Below, piece by piece: positions 14,213 to 27,500 of a stretch of 64,000 bases of DNA. This stretch comes from Felis catus (Eukaryota), in NCBI RefSeq assembly GCF_018350175.1, contig NC_058369.1:163184001-163248000 (forward strand). Reading direction: 5' to 3'. The translations under genes were made by a program, and so were the position numbers. How positions within the stretch are numbered: position 1 is the first letter of the stretch; each line of letters begins with the position of its first letter. Below the pieces are notes generated by a model that was given only the letters and a program-made list of their open reading frames with translations, searched no databases and was not told the DNA's origin.

Positions 14213-16253
14213 CGCGGCAGCCGCGGGGACCCCTACGGGCCCTGGGTTCTAAGACTCCGGCCCCGGCGTTGCAGAGGAGGCGGCACCCCAGCCTCCGGCC
14301 CTGCCCCGCCTCCCCCCTCCCCCCTCCCCCCGCCCTGCCTGCGCAAGGGCTTCTGGGCCGTGTAGTACTAAGGGTACGCAGGTTTCCCAGCAATGTCCCG
14401 GGCATTAGGCAACAAAAAGACTACAACTCCCAGCAGGCTGCGCGAAGGTTCTCTGCAGCACTCGCTTCCCGGGGCCCCGGTTCGACCGCGGAGGAAAACC
14501 TTGGACTTCAAGTCCCAGGAAGCATCGCGTATCCGCTTTCCGGGCCTCACAGCCGTCGCGCCACAGCTCCCAGTGTGCCCTGCTCTTGTTATTCCTTTCT
14601 GTGATCACAACCTTCTTTTGAAAAGGGTTTCTCTGGGACTACACATCCAGAATGCAGTAGGGTGGGGGTGGGGCGCTCTCTGGGGTTTGGGGTTTGGCGG
14701 CCTGCATCCCCGGCCCGGATAGCTGCGCTCTGACGCGACTGATGGTGTCGAGGTTCCAACGACCTCCTGACAATCGCGCTACGGATTTCCACCTCTCCCC
14801 AGGCCATCTGGAGACCTCAGGATTGATTGGGGAATGGCTCCGAGCCATGTTTTGGTGATGACTTCACAGGGACCAGCTGAACCACAAGGCTGGGAAGAGA
14901 GGCAGGTGTGCCCCTGGATTTAACTTACGCCAGAGACCCCTCTCTGCCTTCGGCCCCGTGTGTCGTCTCGGAGCCCACCCGACTCCAGCCGTTCGCTACA
15001 CTGTGACACCCCAAGGCAAGCTGGCTGGAACACTGGGAGTCCCCCACCCCCGCCCCCCATACCCGTCTGGAGAGCCCGGGCCCACCGGAGTCAACCAGGG
15101 TGTGGCCGAGGACTGGCAGGTCGGCTACCGCCCTCAACAGACAGAAGCACAGACAGATGCTATACTTGCAGCAGCCTTGACCTCATCCCTTAAGGAGTTG
15201 ATTATAGATTTTCTTGCTCTCCTCTCTAATTGTCTCATGATTGCATTCTTGAGGGCTGTGAACTGGACAAAAACGGCCCCAAACAGCACTCCTCAGCACC
15301 CAAACCATAGTTGGTGCTAAACATTTGTTGATTAACTCGTTTAGACCAGACCGTTTTCGGCAAACACAATGCTGTGCTTCACCTGGTGGCATACTAAAAA
15401 ATATAAAAATTTTAAAAAGAAAAGTATACTGCTCCTCTGGAAGAATTTATCATCGAGTTGAGAAAACCAGAAATACACAGAGCGATCTTTAATGGCAGGG
15501 GATGATTATAATAGGGTTCGAGGAGGGAGGTCGCCACAGGGAAATCTCTCGGAGGCACAAGTACCCGGTTCGAAAAGTCTAGGTCAGCTCAGGGTAATAG
15601 GAATCCAACCTCCAGCAGCAATCACCCCTATCGCCAACCCCCTCCCGTCCCCCAGGCAAAGACGCGGCCTTTCTTGGAGGCAGTGGGGATTACTGGGGAG
15701 GGGGTGGTGAGGGGGGTGGTAGGGGGAGAATCTTGACCCCGATGCATTCTATTTCAAGTTCCTCCGCCCGGAATTTCCCGATCATTTTTGTGTCGCCGTT
15801 TTCCTGCCTGGGATCCCCAGCGTAAGGCGGGCTCCCTTCCGCCCCGAGGTGCCTAATGCGGCCAAGAGACGGCGTCCTCAGGGTGCTCAAGTCCCGTGCC
15901 GGGAAGCCCGGGCGGCGGCCTCACGGGACTGAGCCGAAGGAGAGAGGGTGGCCGCTGGGGCGCCGGGCTCCCAGCGCGGGGCGGTGTCTGGAAGCGCGCC
16001 TCCGTCCCGGGTCTCGGCCCCGGCTCCCCGCCTCCCTACCCGCTGCGGCGGGGCCGCGCACGGTGCGCCGGGGGGGCGCGCACGCAGGGGGCTGGCCTGC
16101 CCGCGGCGCGGGGGAAAGTTGAGTTGGGAGAAGTTGGGAGCGGCGGGGGTGCGCCCCGAGGTGGGCACTAGGGAGTAGTCGGGAGCGCGCGAGGGCTCCG
16201 GAGAAGGGGGAGAGACCCTGAGACCCCCGGGGCACGAAGTCCAGAGCAAGCGG
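14213..16253. promoter_or_regulatory. CpG-rich divergent promoter region of CDK5 (-) and SLC4A2 (+)
   Basis: High CpG density at 14200-14800 and 15800-16450, GC boxes, and several ACTACAnnTCCCAG-type motifs (e.g. 14420-14433). Confidence 0.8.
16110..16253 (+). other. SLC4A2: Probable non-coding exon 1 of SLC4A2 (AE2a); 5' end approximate
   Basis: Strong donor CGG|GTAAGC at 16253/16254 inside the CpG island upstream of exon 2 (acceptor at 18487/18488). Confidence 0.65.
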
Positions 16254-18550
16254 GTAAGCGGAGAGGTGGCGGCGGAGGAGGGCCAGGGCCGCGGAGGGAG
16301 GAAGGGAGGGGGAAGGAAAGGGGGGAACTCGGGACTCAGAGCAGGGAGGGAGTGGAAGTGGAGGAAGGGGCGGAGACTGGGGCGCGGGGAAGCGAGGTCT
16401 TGGGGAGAAGGATGCGGAGGCGCGCGGAGTGTGGGTCGGGAGCGGGATCTGGGGTCCGTTTTTTAGAGTTACCTAAATCGAGGGTGCCGCGCCCCCTGCC
16501 ACCAGGAGAGGGTAGTCTCTGGGAGGAGCCGCCGGCCTTCCCAATTCCTGGGCGAGCTCCAGACGATACCCCCTCCCTAAGACCCCCTGCTCTATTCTTA
16601 AGGCCCGTCCAGGGTACCTTAGCCTGGGGGTCGCCCCAGGCCGCTCCCCCCGACCTCCGGGTTAGGAGGCGGAGCTGGGAAGGGAGGGGGTGTCGGGTCA
16701 GGTCAGGACAAGGGGTCAGGCAGAAGAGGGAGCACCTGGGTGGGGATGGGAAAGATGAGCCTGGAGAGTTGGACCTGACTGGGGGGGGGGGGGCTGGCTT
16801 GTCTGGGTGGGGAGCCGGTGCTGAGTGTGGGGGCGGCGCTGCCTGAAATCCACTTTATCCTCCTCCCTCCGCCCCCACCCCACCCCCACCAGCCACACGT
16901 CGAAGAGCTGTGGAATGTGCGAGTTCACTTGGGGGGTGGTTAATGCCCAAGTGGGGGTCCGGGGTGCTAATCCCTTGGGCAGGGGTGGGGGAGATGCTAA
17001 TCCTCCGGGCCGGTCGGGGCTGGTCCCGGAATGTGCCCCCACCCCGGATTATCGGCACCGATGCTCTGGACAGAAGCTGCTTTGTGTTCTGGGACGGCGG
17101 GGAGGGGGTGGGAGGCGGGGGGTGGAGGAGTACACTGAGGGCACAGCCTGGAAGTGGGAGTGGGGCACCTGCAGGTGCCCAAGACACCACACGTCCTTCT
17201 CAGGCCGGGGTGGGGGGGGCCTCCCTGTGCCCCTCTCCCCCACACCAGACGTGATCTGGCTGAAGGCCTGCTAGGGGGAGGTGAAGAGAACGTCAGCTGA
17301 GTGGGAGTGCTTGCCAAGAATGTGTTGCTCCCGGCTCCCCACCCTGGACTGACCCCCCAGATGTATATTGTTTGACCCTCCACTGACCTGTCTTATGCCG
17401 AGTTTGCCCTAAGTGGGACACTGTGTCCCCCTCCCCCCCCCCCCCCCCCCCCCCCCCGCCGCCCCCAACAACACACTGGGGAACTTATTAAGTACTTTAC
17501 TTTGGAGAACCTTGAGTGCCCCCCCGCCCCCGCCTTCCCCACTAGGAATGAGTACCCTGGTTTGCACTGGTCAGGTTCCTTAACCACAACTGTTCTGCTT
17601 CCCCACCACACACACAGTGCCCTCCCCAGACACCCCTACAGTCACAGTCAGGAGGGCGTCAGCCCTGACACTCATATTTTCCTGGCTCCCGCCTAGGGGA
17701 GGGGAGGGATCAGGACTGCCCCTTAGGGCAGAACCTCAGGGTTTCTGTGCCCACCCTCTTCCCAGTCCGTCACGTGCCCCTCCCCCATTATAAAGCTCAG
17801 TCCTGCCAGTGCCCGCTGCCCGCTGTCTTCCCTTCCTCCCTCCCACTGAGTGAGTGGAGTTGGGCTCCTGCCCCTCCCCCCAGGGAGCAACTTCATCAGG
17901 GGAGGGGGCACAGTCCTGTGTCTCCTCCCAGCCCTGGGTCTGGTGTCTCTGCCACCCCCTTGCTTGCTGTTTGGGGCTCCCTCCAGTCTCTCCTTTTCCT
18001 TCTCCCCACTCTGCTCCACAGGGTGTCTGCCTCTCCCCAGGATACTCTTCTCTTGGTCAGCCCCCATCGGGTGCCACCAGTCACTGCTCCTGATTCTGCC
18101 TTTTCAGCCTGTCTTTTCTCCCCCTCTCTCCTCCACTCCCCACCCTGATTTCTGCTGCCTTCTCTGGAGGTCTGGGCCTGGACTCCCTTAGTCACTTGGC
18201 CTTTTGTGGCCTCCTTGGCCTCAGTCCTCTCCTCTCTGTTTTTCTCATTTCTTCCTATAAGTAACTTTTTTCTTTGCCCTCCGGCCTCTAAGGGCCACCC
18301 TAAAACCCTTCCTAGTCTAGAGGATCCTGAGCCACAGGGAGACCGGTCAGTGCCAGCTGGCGGGAAATCCCCGAGACCTGTTTTCCCCCCCTCCCCGGGC
18401 GGGGTGTATGTTGGGGGGCTGAGCAAGGCCGGGGCACTTCTGCCTGGAGGCCTGCTCTCACGTGATCGGTCCTCTCCCCCTGCTCAGGTTATGCCGCCGC
18501 CTTGTTGCCCTGAAAGCCGCAGTGACAGTGAAAAGGGCTAAGATTTGGCC

Positions 18551-21500
18551 ATGAGCAGCGCCCCCCGGCGCCCCGCCTCGGGCGCAGATTCTTTCTGTAC
18601 TGTGAGTATTGCCCAGCCCACCTCACCGCTCCTCCCACGGCCACAGGTGCTCTGACGGAGGGTCCACATCAAACGGGTGTGTGCGTGTGTGTCTGTGTGT
18701 GCATGTGCGTGTGTGTGTGTGTAGGCAGACTCTGGAGGAAGGGGAGCCTCTGATGGATTGGGGAGGGGCGCTTCCATCCCTCCCCTGGCCTTATTGGGGT
18801 CTCTGGGGTCTGGGATGCGTATTGGTTGGAGGGGGGTCATGCTACTTCCAGTCCCGTGGAAGTGGAGTGGAGTGGGAGTGGAGGCTGTCTCCTGAAGACC
18901 TGGGAGGTTCTTTAGCCTCAGAGAGAGAGGAACTTTGGGGACCCTGGGTCTGTAACCTGGCGACCCCCTCTGACCCAGCTTTAGAGGCAGTAGCACCCTA
19001 GCACAGTGGTTCTGGGCAGTTTGCAGCAACAGCCCCGCCCCTGGCCCCACGTGCCACCCAGGCCCGCCCTGCCCCGCCCCACGTGGCCATCGTCCCACGT
19101 GGCCCCCTCCTGATTTTCCTGAGGAGTGTAATGATTAACCCCAAGTGCCATAATCAGCCCCTTATTGGTCATCTGGCCCAGCAGGGCACGTGACTGGGAA
19201 GGGGCACGGGCAGGTCCCCTCCCTCTCCTTCCCGAGTTCACCCCTGCCTGCCATGGACTTCCTCCTGCGGCCTCAGGTGCGAGGGGCTCTTGACCCCCCT
19301 GTTCCCACCCTGGGTAGCTCCCTGTGCTCACTCGCTTCAGCCACCTCCTGCCGCCTTCCTCCTGCTGCTAATTCTGGTGAGAGTGGAGCCCGGCGCTTGG
19401 GGAACGGGCTAGAGCTGCCGAGATGGGCGGTGGCGGGGCGGGGGGGCCCCCCCCCCGACCCCTGTATCTTGTATCCAGTATCCCTGCCACTCCCTGCTGC
19501 TCCTGTCCCCACCTCGGTGTCTCTCCAGGACCCGCCTTCTTCTTAGTCCTCCTCCCCTTGCTCTGGCCACTGGCACCGCCACGGAGGGGGCTCCATACCC
19601 CGCCCTTGGAGATCCCGATGCCCTTGAGGTCCAGAAGCTCTAGAGCAAATATTTGGCGGTGCCTGGAGCTGAGACTGGCAGGGGTGGTGGGGGCTGGACA
19701 AAGACTGTGGCTAGGCAGCAGGCTGCTTAGCTAGGCTGAGCTCTCCAAAGCATCGCCGCCACCGCAGTCCGCTGCTCCTCTCCTGCAGTATGACTCAGGT
19801 GGGGGAGGGGGTGAGAGGCGGGGCTAGGAGCCGGCTGAGGGGCCCTGGGCTCGGTGGGGTGCCGCTGGGGTTGGTGTTTGGGGGGGGGGAATTCCTTACA
19901 AGGTGAAGCGTTGCATTCCTATCCAGGGGCTTGGTTTCACTTTGACTCAGAAGAGTCCCGGCCAGTCAGCTTGGGCACCTCCAGAAGTTACTTTTCAGGC
20001 TCGATAGTTGTTCTCCAGCCAGAGGGGATTTGTTCACCAGCAGCCATGTGAACTGGCCAGTTCACACGCCCTGCCCTACCTCGGGGCTGGATCCACAGGA
20101 TTCTGCACCTGCCCTAGAACGGACCGGAACGGGCACAGGCACACGTGCCAGGCGCGATAGTCCTGGCCTTTGAGGGGAAGGCTGCTGGTGGGGGGGGGTC
20201 CTGGATCCCCAGCTCAGCACAGGGTGGGGTTTCGGGGTACGACCCTTGGTGAGCCCCCGTGTGTCCTCTCCACCCCTTCTTCCCCACAGCCAGAGCCAGA
20301 GAGCTTGGGCTCTGCAGCGCCTGGGTTCCCCGAGCAGGAGGAGGATGAACTCCACCGCACCCTGGGTGTGGAGCGGTTTGAGGAGATCCTGCAGGAGGCT
20401 GGGTCTCGAGGAGGAGAGGAGCCAGGCCGCAGCTATGGGGAGGAAGACTTTGAATGTGAGGGGGCAGCGGGGGCACTGGGCTCGACTGTCCAGCAGGGGA
20501 GGGGCTGGGGGGGCCTAGTGGGAGGAACCAGGGCGGCAGGGGAGGGGAGGGATGCTGCGCCTCGCCTGCATCCAGGCCCCCTCCTCCCTGTAGACCACCG
20601 CCAGTCCTCCCACCACATCCATCACCCGCTGTCTGCCCACTTGCCTCCGGACGCCCGCCGCCGCAAGACCCCCCAGGGCCTGGGAAGGAAGCCTCGCAGG
20701 CGCCCTGGAGCCTCCCCTACCGGGGAGACCCCCACCATTGAAGAGGGGGAGGAAGATGAGGATGAGGCCAGTGAGGCCGAGGGGGCCCGGGCACTTACCC
20801 AACCGTCCCCTGCCTCCACACCCTCTTCGGTTCAGGTGAGTGGGGGCAGGGCTCCTGGGGGTGCCTCCGGGATCCCTAGCCTGGCCTCACCTGCCCTCAT
20901 GGATTCCTGTTCCAGTTCTTTCTCCAGGAGGATGAAGGCCCCGACCGGAAGGCAGAGAGGACCAGTCCATCCCCTCCTCCACCGCTGCCCCACCAGGAGG
21001 GGGCTCCCCGGGCCAGCAGAGGGGCCCAGACTGGGTAAGCGTCCCCAGAGACTTACCCTCCTGATGTCAGTGAGGTGATGTAGGAAAAAAAAAAGAAGAA
21101 AAAAGCACCAGCCTCAGGATCCTCAGACTGGGGGCTCAAATCCCAGCCCTGCCCCTTTGGGCAAGTACGGCCTCTCTCAGCCTCAGCCTTTCCATGTGCA
21201 GAAGAATAGAACCTCTCTCGCAAGGCGGTTGCAGGAATCAAAGGGTGGTGTGAATGAAAGCGAAGTGTGGGTTGGCCTGGCACAGAACAGGTGTGCAGGC
21301 TAAGGCCGCCCCCCACCCCCCACCTGCGTCTCCTGCACCTGTGGCTTCAGGTAGAGCAGCGAGCACTGGATCAGGGGTTGGATCCGTAACCTCCGAGGAT
21401 CCCCTGGGGCTCCAAAGACGCGAGAAGACGAGGAGAAGCCCCTTTTGCTCCTGGGAAGTGGCACCAGAAAAGTTACTGTGCTGAAGGGCAGATTTAGGCG

Positions 21501-24500
21501 GTATCAGCGGGGGATTGGAGTTTGGGGGTGTCAGCCCGAAAAGGCTTGTTGGAGGAAACCACTTTGCCCTGGGTCTCAAGGTCACCACTATCACGGACCT
21601 GTTGTTTTCTGGGTGCCAGGCAGTGTGAAGGGCTGTGGGGAACAGAAGGGCGTGCTCCACGGCTCTCTGAGGCTGCAGGCAGCACATGGGCCGTGTGCAC
21701 GGGGGCACAAGCTGGCGGGCAGCCCAGGGGCCGGTGGGAGGCGGAGGAGCCTCAGAGAGAGCGTAGCGTTGGAAAAGTAGGTCAGATTTGTGGGCAGGGG
21801 TGCAGACAGAACCAAGAGCCCGGGGGCGAGGGGTGGGTGGACACTGGGAGAGAAAGCCTGTCAGGAGGGCCTCGTTCGGGACCTGGGCTCGGGGCTGGGG
21901 AGGAGCCGTTTAGGATGACGTGGCAGGGCTTGGGCTCCCTGGCAGTGGTAGAGAGGAAGGGGGCATCCTGATTTGGGGGACAGGAGCAGAAGCTGGCACC
22001 TGTAAGGACAAGGCGTTTGTGTTCTCATGACCTCCAGGGAGCCGTCTATACTTTTAAAGGCCCGTTCTTACGTACTTGACTCCATTTGGTTAGGAACTTG
22101 GACGCGTGACCCTCTTTGGGTCCATGGCGAGGGGTGTGCTTGGTGGGGGCGGGGGGCGCTGTACTAGGTGCGTTTCCCGGCACCACCTTGCCCCACACCC
22201 CAGGAGGCTGGCCCCAGCTCTCTTTTGCTGCTGAGCAGTTTATGTTTGGAGGGAGCCGGTGTGATTGCTCCGGCAGCACGGCCAGGAGAGGGTAGGGCCA
22301 GATTTAAATGCTGCATCCGCTCCTGGGATCTTCACTCTTCCACGCCCACACCCACCAAGAGCGGGGAGCGGGAGCAGGAGGTCTGGTTGGAGTCCCCTTC
22401 CCAGGATCCTGCTGCGTGGCTCCCGCTCACGGCTGCTCTGTCGGTCCAGAGCCCCGGCGGAAGAGGTGGCGGCTGTGGCCAGTGGCGCGGCAGGAGGTGA
22501 TGACGGGGGAGCTTCCGGGCGCCCCCAGCCCAAAGCGCAGCCTGGGCACCGAAGCTACAACCTGCAGGAGAGGAGGCGTATTGGAAGCATGACTGGGGCT
22601 GAGCAGGCTCTGCTGCCCCGAGTCCCCACAGACGAGAGTGAGGCCCAGACGCTGGCCACCGCTGACCTAGACCTCATGAAGAGTGAGTGCTGGGCGCGGG
22701 CCATGCCCCATGCTGGTGGGAACGGGGCGTAAGAGAAAGGGGGAGCCCGACACCGTTCCTCTGCCTCCCGCAGGCCACCGGTTCGAGGACGTTCCTGGAG
22801 TGCGTCGGCACTTGGTGCGGAAGAATGCCAAAGCGTCTGGGCAGGGTGGCCGGGAAGGGCGAGAGCCTGGCCCCACGCCTCGGACCCGGCCCCGGGCTCC
22901 CCACAAGCCTCACGAGGTACTGTTCTCTACTTCATGCTCTTCTGTCATCTCCCTGTCCATCTTCTCCCCACAGCCGCCCCCCGCCCTCGCCCCAGCAATA
23001 ATTTCAAACTCCAGGACTGCCATCTGCAGTTGTGAGGCTTGTACACTACACGAGAATCCTTGACGTTGTTGAGTTGGGTGTGAGGATTCTGTTTCACGTC
23101 TTAGACCCTATTCATTTCTATATTGTGGCCGTTTCCTGGCAGCTGGCAGTGAGGAGCTTGAGGACCCTTTGGGCCAGACGTGGCTCTGTAGAGCCGTACG
23201 TGTCATTTTTCGGAATCCAGTCACCTGTGCTCATTTGGGCCTTCCACACCTGTGAAGATGACAGCCCAGCTGGCACGAGCCATCAGTCAGGGGCAGCGAT
23301 TGGCCAGGATCGCTGTTACTTAGTGACGCTGTCCATGTTAGGCTCCAGGGCTCTGGTCTTGAATCCCACCCCTTCCAGTGGATTTTTTTTTTTTTTTTTG
23401 ACCTTTTTATTGAGGTCTCACAGCATACAGGGAGGTGCGCTGGGGCTGACCGTACAGCTCGGTGATTTTTTTTTTTTTTTGCACACGGAAACACCTGGCT
23501 AACTCTCCCTGGACACAGAGCGTTTTCCGCACTCGGTTCCTTCACGCCTCTGCTCAGTGCCCTCAGCGGTGACTGCTCTTCTGTGGTTCTCAGTCGGTTT
23601 TGTCAGTTCTTTTAAAAAATTTTTTTTTTCAACGTTTATTTATTTTTGGGACAGAGAGAGACAGAGCATGAACGGGGGGAGGGGCAGAGAGAGAGGGAGA
23701 CACAGAATCAGAAACAGGCTCCAGGCTCTGAGCCATCAGCCCAGAGCCCGATACGGGGCTCGAACTCACGGACCGCGAGATCGTGACCTGGCTGAAGTCG
23801 GACGCTTAACCAACTGAGCCACCCAGGCGCCCCAGTTTTGTCAGTTCTTGAACGTGTAGACGTGGAAGCATAGGACGCTCCAGTGTCGGGGGGCGTGGGT
23901 GGTGACCGTTCATCAAGCATTTACTACGTCACGTACGGTGCCGAGCGTTTTGTGTACTTTTTCTTTCGATCCTCATAACAGGCCTTTGAGGTGGGTATTC
24001 CTACTCCCGTTTTACAGAGGAGGGAACTCCGTACCTATGTACCTCCGTGCCTGCGTGCCATGCCCCGTGCCGGGTCACACGCCCACCCTGACACTGATTG
24101 TCTTGGAGAACAGCCCCTGGACTCCACTGGCTCTGACCTTGTCGTGCCCTTTTATCTTATCCCAAGGTATTTGTGGAGCTCAATGAGTTGCTGTTGGACA
24201 AAAACCAGGAGCCCCAGTGGCGGGAGACAGCGCGCTGGATCAAATTTGAGGAGGATGTGGAGGAGGAGACGGAGCGCTGGGGGAAGCCCCACGTGGCCTC
24301 CCTGTCCTTCCGCAGCCTCCTCGAGCTCCGCCGGACCCTGGCCCATGGTAACCTGCCCTGCCCCCCCGCCCCATCCTCATCCCAGGTAAATCTTGTTGAC
24401 TGAGCCTGTTCTCTGAGGACCAGAAACCCACAAATTTATCTCTTTTTTTTCCTAATGGTTATTTACTTATTTATTTTTATTATTTTTTAGTTGCGGCGTG

Positions 24501-27500
24501 TTATTTTTTAAAATATTTTTTTAAGCGTATGTAATTTGAAAGAGCGAGCGCGAGTGCGGGAGGGGCGGAGAGAAAGGATCCCAAGCAGGTTCCGCACCGT
24601 CAGTGTGGAGCCCGATGTGGGGCTCGATCTCATGGACTGCGAGATCATGAGCTGAGCCAAAATCGAGAGTCGGATGCTTAACCAGTTGAGCCACCCAGGT
24701 GCCCCAAATGTTTGTTTATTTTTGAGACAGAGAGGGAGACAGAGCACAAGCAGGGGAGGGGCAGAGAGAGAGAGGGAGACACACGATCCAAATCAAGCTC
24801 CAGGCTCTGAGCTGTTAGCACAGACCCCGACGTGGGGCTCAAACTCACAAACTGTGAGATCAGGACCTAATCAAATGCTTAACCGACTGAGCCACTCAAG
24901 CATACCCCCGCCCCCCTCCCCCCCCCCCCAAATTTGTCTTAACCAGCACAGTGTATGATGTTACCAGAGCTCAGGACAGAGCCTTCTCTTCTCATGATGT
25001 CATATAGCCTGTCACCTCTTGGGCTCTGTCATTGGTGATTGCAGGGCAGGATTGACACAACTCTCTGTTATCTGGGATTTTTAGCAAATGGCTTCTTTAA
25101 GTGATGTTTTCAGATAACTGAAGCTGGTATGTTTGGGATGCTGACATGTTTTTAAAGAATTTTGATGGAAACTTTTCTGAAATGATCTAATCTATAGGGC
25201 TACGTGAATTTTCTTTTTCTTTTTCTTTTTTTTTCAAAGATTTTTATTTTTAAGTAATCTCTACACCCAGTGTGGGGCTTGAACTCACAACCCCAAGATC
25301 AAGAGTCACATGCTGCACCGACTGAGCCAGTCAGGGGCCCCACAGGCTATGTAAATTCCACTAAAAAAATAAGATGCAGGAGTCTTGAGGTCTAGGTCTG
25401 ATATTTCTGCTCTTTGTTTGCTCCTTCCCGCTGGGGAAGTCACTCCCGGTTGCTGTCAGAAGGCCTATTTGTATGCAGCTGGGGACTCAGAAACCTTCTG
25501 TCAGAATTATTTCAAAACCAGGGGTAAATAGACTCTGAGCGAGGCTTGCAGGCTTTGTATGAGGTGCCACAGTGCAGGTGCTTTATCACAGGACTTTGCA
25601 ATCCGTTTTGGCTGCTCAGGGGTCTTTGGTTCTGTCCGTTCTTTGGTTCTGTGTTCCTGCAAGTGACCTTGACAGATGACCTGGTCGCTTTTGAAAGGAC
25701 TTCCATTTCTGTATCAAATAGTCGTTCAGAGCAGTGACCGGGAGAAAGATCTGGAAACTGTCCTGTGAGCAGCTGTTGGACTTGGGGAAGTCGAGGAGCT
25801 CGGGGCGGAGGGTGACATATTCAGGTGACTCAAGGCCACAGATGGGCTGTGTCACACTCAGAGGGCAGAACTAGGACCCTAGAGTGGATGTTAGGGGAGG
25901 CAGCGTGGGGCTCGCTGAAAGGAGGAACTTTCTAACAACAAAAAAAGTGGCCCTGTCTGAGTGGACGGCTTGGGGTGCCCCAGCTGAGGCTGTGCGCTCC
26001 TTGGAAGGGGCCTCTGGGAGGGCCCTGCCTCGGTGGCCTCTGCTGAGCCCCACGATGTTCTTGTGGGAGAGAGTGCTGGAAGGAACAGGTCAGAGAGGTG
26101 ATGGGGCTGGGGCCTGGAGCCCTGCTCGCTGATTTCTGGGCCAGCGCACCTTCCTGGGACCATGCTTACCTAGCTGGCCCCTTGTCCCTGGTTCTTTCTC
26201 CCTTCCGCCCCCTGGCTGCGTTTCTTGCCTGGGGATGAAGGCCCCTGAGTGCCATCCTGTTCCAGGGGCTGTGCTTCTGGACCTGGACCAGCAGACCCTG
26301 CCTGGGGTGGCCCACCAGGTGGTGGAGCAGATGGTCATCTCTGACCAGATCAAGGCTGAAGACAGAGCCAACGTGTTGCGGGCCCTGCTGCTGAAACACA
26401 GGTGAGACCCCCCCTCCCCACTGCTGCCCCTGCCTGCCTGACCCTTGCCCTAGCCACCGCTCTCCTTCCTTCACCGCCCTCTGCTCTTCTAGCCACCCGA
26501 GTGATGAGAAGGACTTCTCCTTCCCTCGAAACATCTCAGCCGGCTCCCTGGGCTCCCTGCTAGGGCATCACCACGGCCAGGGGGCCGAGAGCGACCCCCA
26601 TGTCACTGAGCCTCTCATCGGAGGCGTTCCCGAGACTCGGCTAGAGGTGGAACGAGAGGTGAGGGGGCACAGTGGCCCTACCTGGCTCAGGTCCCAGCCA
26701 CCAACGGCTGGCCGAGGGACTGCGAGCGAGCCCGGTGTGAACACGCCGGGTGGGGCGGCGGGGTGGGGGCTGGGGCCGGCAGGGCTGAGCTCCGCTCTTC
26801 CGTGTTTCCAGCGGGAGCTGCCACCTCCAGCCCCGCCAGCCGGCATCACTCGCTCCAAGTCCAAGCACGAACTGAAGCTCCTGGAGAAGATCCCCGAGAA
26901 CGCCGAGGCCACGGTGGTCCTTGTGGGTATGTGGGCGAGTCTCGGGGGCAGGGGTGTCGGCGGCCACGCCTGCCTCGGTGCCACCCTGGGGCTGGGGACC
27001 AGGGGCCGGGGGGCGGCCCGTGCCCTCTCCTGCCCGTGATGGCACCGTGCCCTTAGGCTGCGTGGAGTTCCTCTCCCGCCCCACCATGGCCTTCGTGCGG
27101 CTGCGGGAGGCCGTGGAGCTGGACGCGGTGCTGGAGGTACCCGTGCCCGTGCGCTTCCTCTTCCTGCTTCTGGGCCCGAGCAGCGCCAACATGGACTACC
27201 ACGAGATCGGCCGTTCTATCTCTACCCTCATGTCCGACAAGGTCAGGCCCTCCCCAGCGCCCGCCGGGACGCCCCCGGGGGTCTCTCCCAGCCCTGCTCC
27301 GGGCCCCTTGGCCTCGCCCCGTGCCCTCACCGGTCCCCTGCCTGCTTTGACAGCAATTCCACGAGGCAGCCTACCTGGCAGACGAGCGGGAGGACCTGCT
27401 GACCGCCATCAACGCCTTCCTGGATTGCAGCGTGGTGCTGCCGCCCTCGGAGGTGCAGGGCGAGGAGCTGCTGCGATCCGTCGCTCACTTCCAACGCCAG

